Notes: generated by a model not told the origin, from the sequence alone. DNA of 64,000 nucleotides from Patescibacteria group bacterium (GCA_018825365.1 JAHJEV010000003.1:108670-172669), one strand, 5' to 3'. Shown: positions 9,913 through 20,018, counted from the first letter of the stretch. A program made the numbers and translations.

Positions 9913-11244
9913 ATGAATAAAAACTTAATTAATAAATTTAAAGAGAATTTAGGGGGCATTATAAAATATAAAAGTATCTCTACAGATAAGGCGTACAAGC
10001 AAGAGATGAAAAAGACAGTCGAAGCGTTAGAAACCCTTTTTAAGAGAAATGGATTTAAAACGCAGGTATTGAAAGGAAAAACAACAAATCCATATGTTTA
10101 TGCAGGTCTAAACATAGATAAAAACAAGAAAACCATACTCATATATGGTCACTACGATGAGATGCCGGTGGGAGATACTAATAAGTGGGTAGGAGACCCT
10201 TTTAAACTTACTGAGAAAAACGGAAGGTTGTATGGCCGCGGGGTTATCGATAATAAAGGACAGTTCCTAATTCACTTTACCGCAGTTACAGAACTGGCTA
10301 AGAATAATAATTTAAAATACAACGTTAAGTTCTTACTTGAAGGAAATGAGGAAACAGGAAATACGGAGATTGCGGAAGTGATAAGAGTCAATAGAAAACT
10401 TTTATCTTGCGATTTTGTTTTGATTTCTGATGGGGAGACGACAGCTAATCGGCCGACCATTGAGGCAGGTTTTAGAGGAGGGTCCAATGTCACACTTGGT
10501 TTTAAAACCGCAAAGGGGGATGTTCACTCCGGTCTTTACGGCGGAGCAATACCAAATGCCGCTCACGAACTTAGCATCTTGATATCAAAGTTTTATGATA
10601 AAAACAATAAAGTTGCGATCCTGGGATTCTACGAGGGTCTAGACAAACCCACTAAATCGGAGCTTTTAAATAACAAAAGTCTTAAATTTAGTTCACTTAA
10701 ATTGAAGGAGCTGACAGGAATAAAATCACTTAAATGTGAAAAAGGGATAGATTTTTTTACCCAAACAGGTTTAAGACCGATGCTTACAGTGTCGGGAATG
10801 AAATCCGGATACACCGACGAAGGCTACAACAACATAGTCCCCTGCTATGCTGAGGCTAAAATAAATTTCAGATTTGCGGCATCCCAAGACCCTAGGAAAA
10901 TACTTTCGGACTTTAAAAAGTTTGTAATGAGAAACAAACCAAGCTATGTATCCTGCGAAATAAATGTTTCAAGTTCTTGGCCGGCATTAAAAATGGCTAC
11001 CAAAACAAAACTAGTGGAAAATATTAAAAAGATTCTAGAGGAAGTTTATAAGGAAAAGGTCGCATTTAGATTTGTTGGGGGAAGCATTCCTGTAATAGGT
11101 TTTTTTAAAAGTATATTAAAAACGCAGGTTGTTTCTATCCCACTTGCAAATGAGGACTGTAACATGCATGGTACAAATGAGAATTTTAAGCTTAAATTAG
11201 TAGAGAAAGCTTTAGAATTCTCAACAAGCTTCTTTGCCCGTTAG
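9913..11244 (+). CDS. M20 family dipeptidase
   Basis: YGHYD, GRGVIDNKGQ, EGNEETG, DVHSG, NMHGTNE. Confidence 0.92.
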   Translation: MNKNLINKFKENLGGIIKYKSISTDKAYKQEMKKTVEALETLFKRNGFKTQVLKGKTTNPYVYAGLNIDKNKKTILIYGHYDEMPVGDTNKWVGDPFKLTEKNGRLYGRGVIDNKGQFLIHFTAVTELAKNNNLKYNVKFLLEGNEETGNTEIAEVIRVNRKLLSCDFVLISDGETTANRPTIEAGFRGGSNVTLGFKTAKGDVHSGLYGGAIPNAAHELSILISKFYDKNNKVAILGFYEGLDKPTKSELLNNKSLKFSSLKLKELTGIKSLKCEKGIDFFTQTGLRPMLTVSGMKSGYTDEGYNNIVPCYAEAKINFRFAASQDPRKILSDFKKFVMRNKPSYVSCEINVSSSWPALKMATKTKLVENIKKILEEVYKEKVAFRFVGGSIPVIGFFKSILKTQVVSIPLANEDCNMHGTNENFKLKLVEKALEFSTSFFAR

Positions 11245-11278
11245 TATGAAGATTGTTATACTGACAAAGTAAGTGTTT

Positions 11279-11352
11279 ACCGGCGTAGCTCAGTGGTAGA
11301 GTAGCGGTCTCCAAAACCGTTGATAGAGGTTCGATTCCTCTCGCCGGTGCCA
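11279..11352 (+). tRNA. tRNA-Trp (CCA)
   Basis: Cloverleaf ACCGGCG/CGCCGGT, loop CTCCAAA, G73, CCA. Confidence 0.97.
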
Positions 11353-11373
11353 AAATTTGTTTATAATAAAGGT

Positions 11374-12405
11374 ATGAGTGAAAACATGAAAAGAGTCTTA
11401 ACAGGAATAAGGCCTACAGGTCCATTGCATTTGGGACATTATGTTGGTGCTTTGAAACAATGGGTTTTACTTCAGGATGAATATGAGTGCTTTTTTATGA
11501 TCGCCGATGTTCAAGCCTTAACCACACACGCCGGTAACCCCAAGGTAATAGAAGAATCGGTTAGGGATGTTTTACTGGATTTTTTGGCAGTTGGACTGGA
11601 TCCGACAAAACCTAATGTTCATTTTATACTTCAAAGTGCAATTCCTGAGCTTGCTGAGCTTACGGTTTATCTTTCAATGGTCACTCCTTTTACGTGGATG
11701 CAAAGCAATCCTACAATTCAGCAAGAAAGTAAAGCTTTAGGTAAAGGTATATCTACAGGTTTTATGTGTTATCCGGTAAGCCAGGCGGCTGATATTTTGT
11801 TTGTTTCTCCTGATCCAACTGAGTCAAAGGAAGAAATATTAGTTCCGGTTGGTGAAGATCAGGTCCCGCATCTAAGAGATACAAACAGCATCGTCTCTGC
11901 TTTTAATAGGACATACTCCCCTACTTTTAATGAATGCAAACCCTTATTGGGAGATTATCCAAGACTTGTTGGTACAGATGGACAATTGAAGATGTCAAAG
12001 TCTTTGGGTAACTGTATAAACCTAGGCGACGATGAAAAAACAGTTGAGAAAATGGTTAAAGGAATGTTTACCGATCCGAATAGAATTCATCCAAACGACC
12101 CGGGGACAGTTGAGGGGAATCCTGTCTTTATATACCACGACATTTTTAATCCCGATAAGAAAGAGGTTTGCGATTTAAAGAAAAGATACAAGGATGGAAC
12201 GGTTGGGGATGTCGAAGTTAAAGAAAAACTTAACGTAGCTATTCAGTCTTTTCTGAAACCTATAAGAGAAAGAAGAAAGCATGCTGAGAAAATGGATATC
12301 AAGAAGTTTTTGGAAGACGGAACAGATTTTGCAAGAGGTCTTGCAGTTAAAACTTTGAGTAGAACTAGAAAAGCCATGCATTTGGATTATCCAAGTTTGA
12401 AATAG
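11374..12405 (+). CDS. trpS: Tryptophan--tRNA ligase
   Basis: TGIRPTGPLHLGH, YPVSQAADI, VPVGEDQ, KMSKS; start moved to ATG 11374 because the longer ORF overlaps tRNA-Trp. Confidence 0.96.
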   Translation: MSENMKRVLTGIRPTGPLHLGHYVGALKQWVLLQDEYECFFMIADVQALTTHAGNPKVIEESVRDVLLDFLAVGLDPTKPNVHFILQSAIPELAELTVYLSMVTPFTWMQSNPTIQQESKALGKGISTGFMCYPVSQAADILFVSPDPTESKEEILVPVGEDQVPHLRDTNSIVSAFNRTYSPTFNECKPLLGDYPRLVGTDGQLKMSKSLGNCINLGDDEKTVEKMVKGMFTDPNRIHPNDPGTVEGNPVFIYHDIFNPDKKEVCDLKKRYKDGTVGDVEVKEKLNVAIQSFLKPIRERRKHAEKMDIKKFLEDGTDFARGLAVKTLSRTRKAMHLDYPSLK

Positions 12406-12496
12406 TATACTTTTATGTTAAACTATCTTTGTTTTTCCTCGTGTGGTATGGCTCAATACACGATGAGGTGGGAGAGATTAAGAAGGGTGGGTGCTT

Positions 12497-12572
12497 AGCG
12501 GGGTAGCCTAGTTAGGTTCAAGGCGTCTCAGTTTAAATGAGAAAATCTCAGGTTCAAATCCTGACCCCGCTA
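12497..12572 (+). tRNA. Non-canonical tRNA-like gene with UUA (ochre) anticodon, no encoded CCA
   Basis: Stems AGCGGGG/CCCCGCT, GCCT/AGGC, TCTCA/TGAGA, TCAGG/CCTGA; T loop TTCAAAT; anticodon loop GTTTAAA (TTA at 12533-12535). Confidence 0.8.
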
Positions 12573-12602
12573 TTAGCTTATTTATTTAAACCAATCTTTT
12601 AA

Positions 12603-12646
12603 AGGAAGTCTCAAGTAGATGTATCTACAAAGACTTCCTATTTTTT
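12603..12646 (+). terminator. Intrinsic terminator
   Basis: AGGAAGTCT...AGACTTCCT then A-T6. Confidence 0.7.
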
Positions 12647-12647
12647 C

Positions 12648-13135
12648 CTAGTCCAACAGTTCTTTCACGCCCCCAAAAGCTATTCTGTCGTGAACATACT
12701 CTTTAGCTGTCAAAAGCTTGGTTGGAGTTATAACGAAATCGCCCTACTTACTATTTATGTCATCCAAAGCCTCTACAAGCCTTTTTTTCCTGTCAATATC
12801 GTTAAAAAGCTCTAGTGTTGGCTGATATCGTAAGGAACGAGTCCAAAACACGGTTCTGCGAGTATTTCGACCGGTTTTTTGTATGGTGAGCCGCATAAAA
12901 TCCTAAAAACTTCCTTAAAGATGTCTCTGGAATCAAAAAGGTTGTGTTTGACGACTTTCCCGTGGTGCCAATAGGTTCCGTCTTTGTAACTTATCGCATA
13001 AAATTGGGGCTACCTCCTCAGGAGTACTAAAAGGTTTTGGTGGTGCAAAGGAATTTCCAAAGCTTTTTCTTTCAAAAGAAACATCATCCATTTCCCATCC
13101 GGTTTTTCTTAAATTAGAGACAGTTTTGGCCAGAC
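12648..13135 (-). pseudogene. Decayed Y-family DNA polymerase (DinB-like) C-terminal remnant
   Basis: Fragments GWEMDDVSFERKSFGNS and LVEALDDINSK*GDFVITPTKLL...DRIAFGG with frameshifts and an internal stop. Confidence 0.65.
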
Positions 13136-13172
13136 TTTGTTTAAACCTGATTTTATAATATCATTAATAGTA

Positions 13173-13892
13173 ATGCCCAAAGCTCCTTATATTAAAAAAC
13201 TGGAAACGATCGAAGACTTTGACGTTTGGGAAGTAGACGGCGAGCATATTCGAAACAAGATAAACAGAGAATTCACAAACTTCGGACAGCATTTCAGATT
13301 CGATTTTATCCCTACAAAAGAATTTTGGCTTGATAAGCAGCATGGATCTGACGAGAAGGACTACTTTATAGATCATATGTTGGTTGAATGGCATATGATG
13401 AAAAACGGGGTTCCTTACGATAAGGCATTGGGAGCGGCGGACTCACTTGAAAAAAGAGAACGTTCTAAGTCTGATTTGATGAAGAAACTTGAGAAGAAAG
13501 TAAGCAGCATTAATTCTGATATTCCAAAGGAAATATATAAGGAGAAACTTAATAAGTATAAGAGTGTGGTTGAAGTATGTATTGTAAGTGGAGAGGCCGT
13601 AAGAGGACTTTACTTTGTTGATTTCACTGAGGGTGGGCATCATTTTGTGTATGATTTTATTCCCTTAAATGAAGTTTGGATTGACGATGATCTTCCTCCC
13701 GGAGAAAGAGGTTTTGTAATACTTCACGAATTACACGAAAGATTCCTTATGTCTAACGGGATAGATTATGCATATGCACACAGGTCTTCCAGCATTATCG
13801 AATACAAATGTAGAAATAACGAAAAACTTTTAAAAGAGGCAATTGACGCGGAGATAGAAAAAAATAAACAGATTCTGGAAACAATAGTTTAA
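13173..13892 (+). CDS. Hypothetical protein with an internally duplicated zincin-like domain
   Basis: Two copies of FT..G.H....FIP..E.W.D; second copy carries HELHE...H. Confidence 0.75.
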   Translation: MPKAPYIKKLETIEDFDVWEVDGEHIRNKINREFTNFGQHFRFDFIPTKEFWLDKQHGSDEKDYFIDHMLVEWHMMKNGVPYDKALGAADSLEKRERSKSDLMKKLEKKVSSINSDIPKEIYKEKLNKYKSVVEVCIVSGEAVRGLYFVDFTEGGHHFVYDFIPLNEVWIDDDLPPGERGFVILHELHERFLMSNGIDYAYAHRSSSIIEYKCRNNEKLLKEAIDAEIEKNKQILETIV

Positions 13893-13908
13893 TTGCTATA
13901 ATTTCTCC

Positions 13909-15462
13909 GTGATAAAGTTTCTTAAATTTTTAAGTTTACTACTTTTTATTGGAATATTCCTGGGTGTGAGACTTCCAAGACTGGGCACCGAAACTTTTAA
14001 CAGTGACGAGGTGTATTGGCATGACAGGTCGGAGGACTTTTTAAACGCGCTAAGCTCTAAAAATTACGCCAAAACTTTTCAGAAATACCATCCTGGTGTT
14101 CCCATAATGTGGGAACTTACGATTACGTCTCTTATTACGAGCAAGTTACAAAATACTTCCGTAGGAAATATTTTTGCTAATGATGAAAAGCTCCACATGG
14201 ATGTGATGCTCGGCCTTGATATCTGGCTTTGTGTTCTTGCAGTTTGCATTTTACTTGTATTGAGCAAGGCTTTGAAAAACTGGTGGTTGGCTTTACTTTG
14301 CATGGTAGTTTTGGTAATAGAGCCGTTTTATCTTGGTAATTCAAGGCTTATTCATCACGATGCGCAGATATCTTTGTATGTGATTTTAGCTTTGGCGATA
14401 ATTTATTTAAATACAAAGAAATTTAATTTTTTCCAGGTCGTGTTAGCTTCTTTGTTATTGTCACTGGCCGCCTTGTCAAAAACTTTGTTTATTGGAGCTT
14501 TTGTCTTTAGTTTGCTCGCGGGAGGTTTATTAACACTTCTAAATCAGGGGTTCAAAAAACCCATTTATTTTATGGTGACCCTTTTAGTTTTTTCGGTTGG
14601 TTTTTACTTTGCCCTATTTCCAGCACTTTGGGTGGAACCTATTCAAACGTTAAACAAGATATTTATTCAAAGCCGAAAGGTTGGTGAGGATGATGGGCAT
14701 GGCCAGATTTTCTTCGGGGTTCCAACTAAAAACCCAGGGCCATTCTTTTACCCGATACTTTTTATCATTAAAAATTCTTTGTTTTTAATGATTGGTTTTG
14801 TGATTTTTGTAAGTAGTGTAATTTTCAAATTAGTAAAGTGGGTGCTTAGAAAAAGTTCAGGAAAACTTAAGGATATTCCCTTTGAGATATTTGCGGGAAT
14901 TTTTTACCTCGGTTATTTTTGTGTGCTTCAGTACTTTAGTAAAAAAGTGGACAGGTATGTTATTCCTATATATCCGTTTTTCGCTATCGGGTCTGTTTTT
15001 GGCTGGGCGGAATTTGTTAAAAAGAGATTTTATCTTGCAGTTATTCCGCTGTTTTTGTTTGTCTACTCTGTTGCCATTCCTCTTTATAAATTATTTCCCC
15101 ACTATTTGCTTTATAACTCACCTATTTATGGAGATGCTTCAGTTGGGAACGAAATTATCGGCCAGAAACTATTCGGGATTGGTGTGTTTGAACTTCGAGA
15201 CAAAATCATTTTCAGGTTTGGGGAAAAGGCAAAAATAGGCGCGAGCGATTTTGAACCGCTGGCATCTATATATAAGGGCGGGTATGTCGATAATGTTTTA
15301 GTTGCGCACCCGAACAGTTACAATGTGATGGTATTGGGACCAAATAAACCATTCCCACCGAGCATGAAAAACGAACCTACCATTAAGTTTTACAAAGTCG
15401 ATTCTGTTTATATTAATGGCTTGGAGTTTTGGAGAATTTATCACAAAAGAGTTATTCACTAA
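13909..15462 (+). CDS. GT-C (family 39/ArnT-like) glycosyltransferase
   Basis: N-terminal NSDE acidic motif, YHPG, many TM helices, KVDRY. Confidence 0.8.
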   Translation: MIKFLKFLSLLLFIGIFLGVRLPRLGTETFNSDEVYWHDRSEDFLNALSSKNYAKTFQKYHPGVPIMWELTITSLITSKLQNTSVGNIFANDEKLHMDVMLGLDIWLCVLAVCILLVLSKALKNWWLALLCMVVLVIEPFYLGNSRLIHHDAQISLYVILALAIIYLNTKKFNFFQVVLASLLLSLAALSKTLFIGAFVFSLLAGGLLTLLNQGFKKPIYFMVTLLVFSVGFYFALFPALWVEPIQTLNKIFIQSRKVGEDDGHGQIFFGVPTKNPGPFFYPILFIIKNSLFLMIGFVIFVSSVIFKLVKWVLRKSSGKLKDIPFEIFAGIFYLGYFCVLQYFSKKVDRYVIPIYPFFAIGSVFGWAEFVKKRFYLAVIPLFLFVYSVAIPLYKLFPHYLLYNSPIYGDASVGNEIIGQKLFGIGVFELRDKIIFRFGEKAKIGASDFEPLASIYKGGYVDNVLVAHPNSYNVMVLGPNKPFPPSMKNEPTIKFYKVDSVYINGLEFWRIYHKRVIH

Positions 15463-15554
15463 TTATGAATAAAGAAGTTTTGAAGTATATTGTTAAAAAT
15501 AAGGCCATTATGCCAAGAACAGCTAAGATTTAAATTTCCTAGGTAAGATAATCT

Positions 15555-15592
15555 AAAGCCATAAATTCAAAGTTTATGGCTTTCTTGTTTTG
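15555..15592 (+). terminator. Intrinsic terminator upstream of the P-type ATPase
   Basis: AAAGCCATAAA/TTTATGGCTTT then T-rich tail. Confidence 0.6.
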
Positions 15593-15631
15593 TTATGGAA
15601 AGAAAGTATTAAAACAGTTAGTATTTATAAT

Positions 15632-18151
15632 ATGGGTTTTCCTAAATATACTGCCCTATCTGTTGAGGAAACTATAAAGGATCTTGAGACATCTTCAGAG
15701 TTTGGTTTAACGAATAAATCTGTTCGTGAAAGACTTTTGAAATACGGCAGTAACGAATCCGGGTCTCATGAAGTAAGTGTATGGGAAATTTTTTTGAGGC
15801 AGTTTAAATCCGCATTTGTCTACCTTTTACTTGTAGCTTCCGTTGTGACCTTTGTCTTAGAGGAATATATAGATTGTTCCATGATATTGGCTTTTGTTTT
15901 GATAAATGTTTTTTTAGGGTTTGTTCAGGAATACAAATCGGAAAAAACAACAAAATATTTAAAAAAATTTACTGACCGAAAAGCCACAGTTTTAAGAGAA
16001 GGTAAAGAAATACTAATAAGTTCTTCAGAATTAGTTCCGGGAGACATTGTTCAAATTGAAACCGGTGATATAGTCTCAGCTGATTTAAGACTAATTAAGG
16101 CTAATAACCTGGTGATTGACGAGTCGACATTGACTGGCGAGTCAGTACAAATAGGGAAACACATAGAAAAACTGGATTCTGAAAAAACGGATCTATATAA
16201 AGCTACAAATATTATATTTTCCGGTACTACGGTTGTCGAAGGCAAGGCGTATGCAGTTGTGGTGGCAACCGGAAAGGATACTGTATTTGGAAAAATAGCA
16301 AAAATAACAACTGAAACTAAAGAAGTCAGTGCGTTTGAAAAACAAATTAATAAATTCAGCAAGTTTATACTATTTTTAACTTTAATCACCCTTGCGCTTG
16401 TTTTTGTAGTTCACCTTGTGTTTAAAAGGACGGTGTCGTTTGTCGATTTAACGGTGTTTTCTGTAGCACTGGCGGTAGGGGTAATTCCAGAGGCAATGCC
16501 TCTTGTATCTACTTTTTCCTTGTCTCTTGGAGCTGCAATGCTTGCCAAGAAGCATGTTGTCGTAAAAAGACTTTCTTCAATTGAAGATCTTGGAGGAATA
16601 CAAATTTTATGTTCCGATAAAACAGGTACTATAACTGAAAATAAGCTTACAGTGGCAGATATTTTTTCTGAAAATGAGGAAGAAACCATAAAGTATGGTC
16701 TTTTGGCGTCTTCAGTTACAACCGGTGAGGTAACTTCTAATAACGCCTTTGATTTGGCCATCTATTCAAAAGTGAGTAATAAGGAGAGAAAATTATTCTC
16801 AAGCGAAAAAAGGATATACGAAATACCTTTTAACCCAACAAGAAAAAGAAACAGCGTGCTTGTAAAAGGTGAAAATCTTAACACCTTAATAGTCAGAGGC
16901 GCACCGGAGGTAATAATACCCTTTGTTAAAAATCTATCAGAAGCTATGGGGGATAAAATAATACAATGGCTTTTGGAAGAAGGGCGGTTGGGTAGAAGAA
17001 CCATAGCAATTGCAAAGAAAACTTTTGAGGACGAAACGTATAAAATAAGTGATGAGGAAAATAACCTTGAACTTATTGGCTTAATTTCCTTTGAAGATCC
17101 AATAAAAAAGAGCACTACTGCAGCTGTATCTAAAGCAAAAAGTTATGGTGTGACTGTAAAAATAATTACCGGAGATAGTCCTGAGGTAGCCGGAGCAGTT
17201 GGGTATAAAGTTGGTATTGCGAATAGGTTTTCGGATGTAATAACCGGAGAGGAATTTGCAAAACTTAAAAGAGATGAACAAAAGGAAGTTTTGAAATCAA
17301 TTAATGTGTTTGCAAGAGTGTCTCCCGAACAGAAATACCAAATTATTAAGCTTTTACAGGAAGATTTTGAGGTTGGCTATCTGGGAGAAGGAATTAATGA
17401 TGCTCCGGCTTTAAAGGCAGCGGGAGTTGCAATAGTAGTGGACAGCGCTGCAGACGTTTCCAGAGAAGTTGCCGATATAATTTTACTGAAACACAACTTG
17501 CAGGTAATTGTAGATGGAATAGAACTTGGTAGAAAAACTTTCGTAAATGTAACAAACTACATAAAGGCTACTCTGGCCTCCAATTTTGGCAACTTCTACG
17601 CGATGGTATTTGCTACCTTAATGATAGATTACCTACCGATGCTTCCGGTACAAATCCTTCTTGTTAATTTACTCTCTGATTTTCCTATGATCTCAATTGC
17701 AACTGATAGACCGATAAAAAGTGAGCTTAGAGAGCAGAAAAACTACTCTATTAAGGATATACTTCTTCTCGCAACATTACTTGGACTTGTGAGCACTGCC
17801 TTTGATTTTATGATGTTTGGCATGTTTGTTGAAAAAGGTCCCGGTGTTCTTAGAACCAACTGGTTTATTGGAAGTATTTTAACAGAGTTAGTCCTAATTT
17901 ATTCTATTAGGACCAGAAAGTTCGCCTTTAATTTGAAAAAAATGCCGTCCATCCAAATAATTGTTTTAACTTTTGTAGCTGCCTTTTTTACTGTGTATAT
18001 ACCCCTTACCAAATTTGGGGTGGAAGTCTTTCAATTTGTTAAACCTACATCAAACTATTTATGGCTACTCCTAGCTATAGTGATTGCTTACTTTTTAAGC
18101 ACAGAAACGGTTAAAAGACTTTACTACAGACATATAAATCCTATTAAATGA
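15632..18151 (+). CDS. P-type cation-transporting ATPase (MgtA-like)
   Basis: TGES, VIPE, DKTGT, GINDAP, SNFGN, NLLSD. Confidence 0.93.
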   Translation: MGFPKYTALSVEETIKDLETSSEFGLTNKSVRERLLKYGSNESGSHEVSVWEIFLRQFKSAFVYLLLVASVVTFVLEEYIDCSMILAFVLINVFLGFVQEYKSEKTTKYLKKFTDRKATVLREGKEILISSSELVPGDIVQIETGDIVSADLRLIKANNLVIDESTLTGESVQIGKHIEKLDSEKTDLYKATNIIFSGTTVVEGKAYAVVVATGKDTVFGKIAKITTETKEVSAFEKQINKFSKFILFLTLITLALVFVVHLVFKRTVSFVDLTVFSVALAVGVIPEAMPLVSTFSLSLGAAMLAKKHVVVKRLSSIEDLGGIQILCSDKTGTITENKLTVADIFSENEEETIKYGLLASSVTTGEVTSNNAFDLAIYSKVSNKERKLFSSEKRIYEIPFNPTRKRNSVLVKGENLNTLIVRGAPEVIIPFVKNLSEAMGDKIIQWLLEEGRLGRRTIAIAKKTFEDETYKISDEENNLELIGLISFEDPIKKSTTAAVSKAKSYGVTVKIITGDSPEVAGAVGYKVGIANRFSDVITGEEFAKLKRDEQKEVLKSINVFARVSPEQKYQIIKLLQEDFEVGYLGEGINDAPALKAAGVAIVVDSAADVSREVADIILLKHNLQVIVDGIELGRKTFVNVTNYIKATLASNFGNFYAMVFATLMIDYLPMLPVQILLVNLLSDFPMISIATDRPIKSELREQKNYSIKDILLLATLLGLVSTAFDFMMFGMFVEKGPGVLRTNWFIGSILTELVLIYSIRTRKFAFNLKKMPSIQIIVLTFVAAFFTVYIPLTKFGVEVFQFVKPTSNYLWLLLAIVIAYFLSTETVKRLYYRHINPIK

Positions 18152-18322
18152 AACTTGCATCAGTTTCTTTTGTATATATAAATAGCTGAAAGGGATAGTA
18201 AGCTAAGTCTAGTAGTCCCAAACTTTCACACAATATGTATTTTTAGAAAAACTTCAAAGCAGTAGCGACCCACTCTTTATATATTAGTAAAGCGTTGCGC
18301 AAATTTAATATATACTTAGCTT

Positions 18323-18673
18323 ATGTTTAAAATAGTAAAAACAGTTTTTATGTTAATAATGATTCTGGTCGGTTTAGTTATTATTTTTGCGTCTTATCAT
18401 CTATATAAAGGTTTTAAGTCAGGTGATATTACATCTTATTTTATGAAGTACGCGGCAAAGTCAATTGTAGACAGGACCAAATTATCTCCTACACAGGTGG
18501 AATATTTGGATGCTGGGGACTTTGAAAGTTTAGTGAAAGATATAGAACAAAACATTACTCAGGAACAAATCGATTGTTTCACTAATAGTGTTGGGGACGA
18601 GCGAGCAAAAGAGTTAGTAATTGACAAAAACCCCACACCGCAAGAAATATTGAAGCTTTCTAAGTGTCTTTAG
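18323..18673 (+). CDS. Hypothetical protein with N-terminal TM helix
   Basis: 116-aa ORF, TM helix, C-terminal Cys pair. Confidence 0.7.
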   Translation: MFKIVKTVFMLIMILVGLVIIFASYHLYKGFKSGDITSYFMKYAAKSIVDRTKLSPTQVEYLDAGDFESLVKDIEQNITQEQIDCFTNSVGDERAKELVIDKNPTPQEILKLSKCL

Positions 18674-18694
18674 CTGTAAAATGGATTTCTTTTC

Positions 18695-18780
18695 TGGTGG
18701 GAAGGGTGGGGTTCGAACCCACGAAGGCTAAAGCCAACGGTTTTACAGACCGCTCCATTTGACCACTTTGGTACCTTCCC
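18695..18780 (-). tRNA. tRNA-Tyr (GTA)
   Basis: GGGAAGG/CCTTCCC, loop CTGTAAA, long variable arm, CCA. Confidence 0.96.
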
Positions 18781-18834
18781 ATAATTAAAAGACTGAAAGG
18801 ATGATAGCACAAAAAAACTACCGGAGAATGTGCT

Positions 18835-18905
18835 TGTTCTGCGGCCCTGGAAATAGTATGAGATAAGATCCCATTTAGTACTTTACTAATTTGTGTCCTT
18901 GCCAT
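18835..18905 (-). pseudogene. Possible N-terminal remnant of a Y1 (IS200/RAYT-like) transposase
   Basis: MARTQISKVLNGILSHTISRAAE resembles the MAR..R....G.YHVISRG start; very short. Confidence 0.3.
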
Positions 18906-19003
18906 ATTCTTAAACGCGTTTAACATGCTCATTTTTCCCCTGATAACCCGACTACCATTATTAAAATCCCGAGCATTAAAAAACCACGTTTACTACTGGT
19001 AAA

Positions 19004-19291
19004 TTAGTGCTTAGGGGTTTCCAAGCTCAATTTCTTGAGTAGTTCAAGAGTAACTCTGACTGATGGGTTTTCGTCATTTATAAAATGAACTCGATTGCCA
19101 AATCGGTCGATCAGCTGAGTAACGAATTCATCCGCCCAGGAGGGTGTAAAAGTGATTACACCTTCAAAATCAAGTTCCAACATTTCAGTTTCAAGTACGC
19201 CCTGCAATAGTGGCGCTATTGCGGCTAACGCCTCACGCCCGTCTTGTCTTGATGTAAGAATGTTTCCGAATTTTTTAAGTTCTATTTTCAT
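19004..19291 (-). CDS. STAS-like (DUF4325-type) protein
   Basis: LTSRQDGRE, LDFEGV...TPSWADEF. Confidence 0.8.
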   Translation of the reverse strand: MKIELKKFGNILTSRQDGREALAAIAPLLQGVLETEMLELDFEGVITFTPSWADEFVTQLIDRFGNRVHFINDENPSVRVTLELLKKLSLETPKH

Positions 19292-19298
19292 ATTTTAC

Positions 19299-20018
19299 TT
19301 AAAACCTTATTAATGCTAAACAGCCACTGTAATATAGATCAGTTTTACTTATCTTCAACTCTTTAACCTCATTAGTAATAGAAACTTTAGCGTTCCCACT
19401 GTAAAAGTCGAGTTCAATGGCCCTATTTAATACTACTTCCAGCACGAATTTAAGTCCATTCCCTCTTGCTTCAGGAGATCTGCCTGATATCACTTCAGTA
19501 AATGCAATGCGCAAAGCGTCCTCATCGTTTTTAATATCAATCACTCTTTTTAGAGTTCTTAAAATACCCTGTCCCCTGTCCGCCAGGGCTATCTGTCTTT
19601 TGTTTGTATCATACGAAAAGAGTATACCTGGGATGTCTGGCCAATTTCCTAGATTATGGTCAAAGGAGTTATTTCCTATTTCTCCTACTATGGCAACAAT
19701 AAGCGGATAATACTCTTTTAGATCTGGTAGCTTTTCCAGAGCACTTTGCAGCTTTGAAAGTCTTCCTTTAAACTCTGCGCTGGTTGGACAGTAAAATGCA
19801 CTTTCTGGTTCTTTGGGGGTAGCCAACATCCACTCCATGGCTGTTGCAAAAATATTTTGTTTGTATATCTCAAGATCCAGTTGCACATAGTATCTGTGAC
19901 CGCCTTCAGTTCTTTTAGCCGGAAATTTACCGCTCCTGTCCCATCTTCTAAGGGTGGTGGTGGTTACATCTAAATATTCCGCGGCTTCGCCTATACTTAG
20001 TCTTTTAGTGTTTTCCAT
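19299..20018 (-). CDS. MerR/excisionase-like HTH fused to a histidine kinase-like ATPase
   Basis: SIGEAAEYLDVTTTTLRRWD...RTEGGHRYY; EIGNNSFDH, DRGQG, RGNGL. Confidence 0.85.
   Translation of the reverse strand: MENTKRLSIGEAAEYLDVTTTTLRRWDRSGKFPAKRTEGGHRYYVQLDLEIYKQNIFATAMEWMLATPKEPESAFYCPTSAEFKGRLSKLQSALEKLPDLKEYYPLIVAIVGEIGNNSFDHNLGNWPDIPGILFSYDTNKRQIALADRGQGILRTLKRVIDIKNDEDALRIAFTEVISGRSPEARGNGLKFVLEVVLNRAIELDFYSGNAKVSITNEVKELKISKTDLYYSGCLALIRF

Noticed and set aside
11320-11373. N-terminal extension of TrpS
   Set aside because: Overlaps tRNA-Trp; ATG 11374 is the plausible start.
18660-18932. 90-aa ORF
   Set aside because: Runs through tRNA-Tyr; spurious apart from a possible transposase stub.
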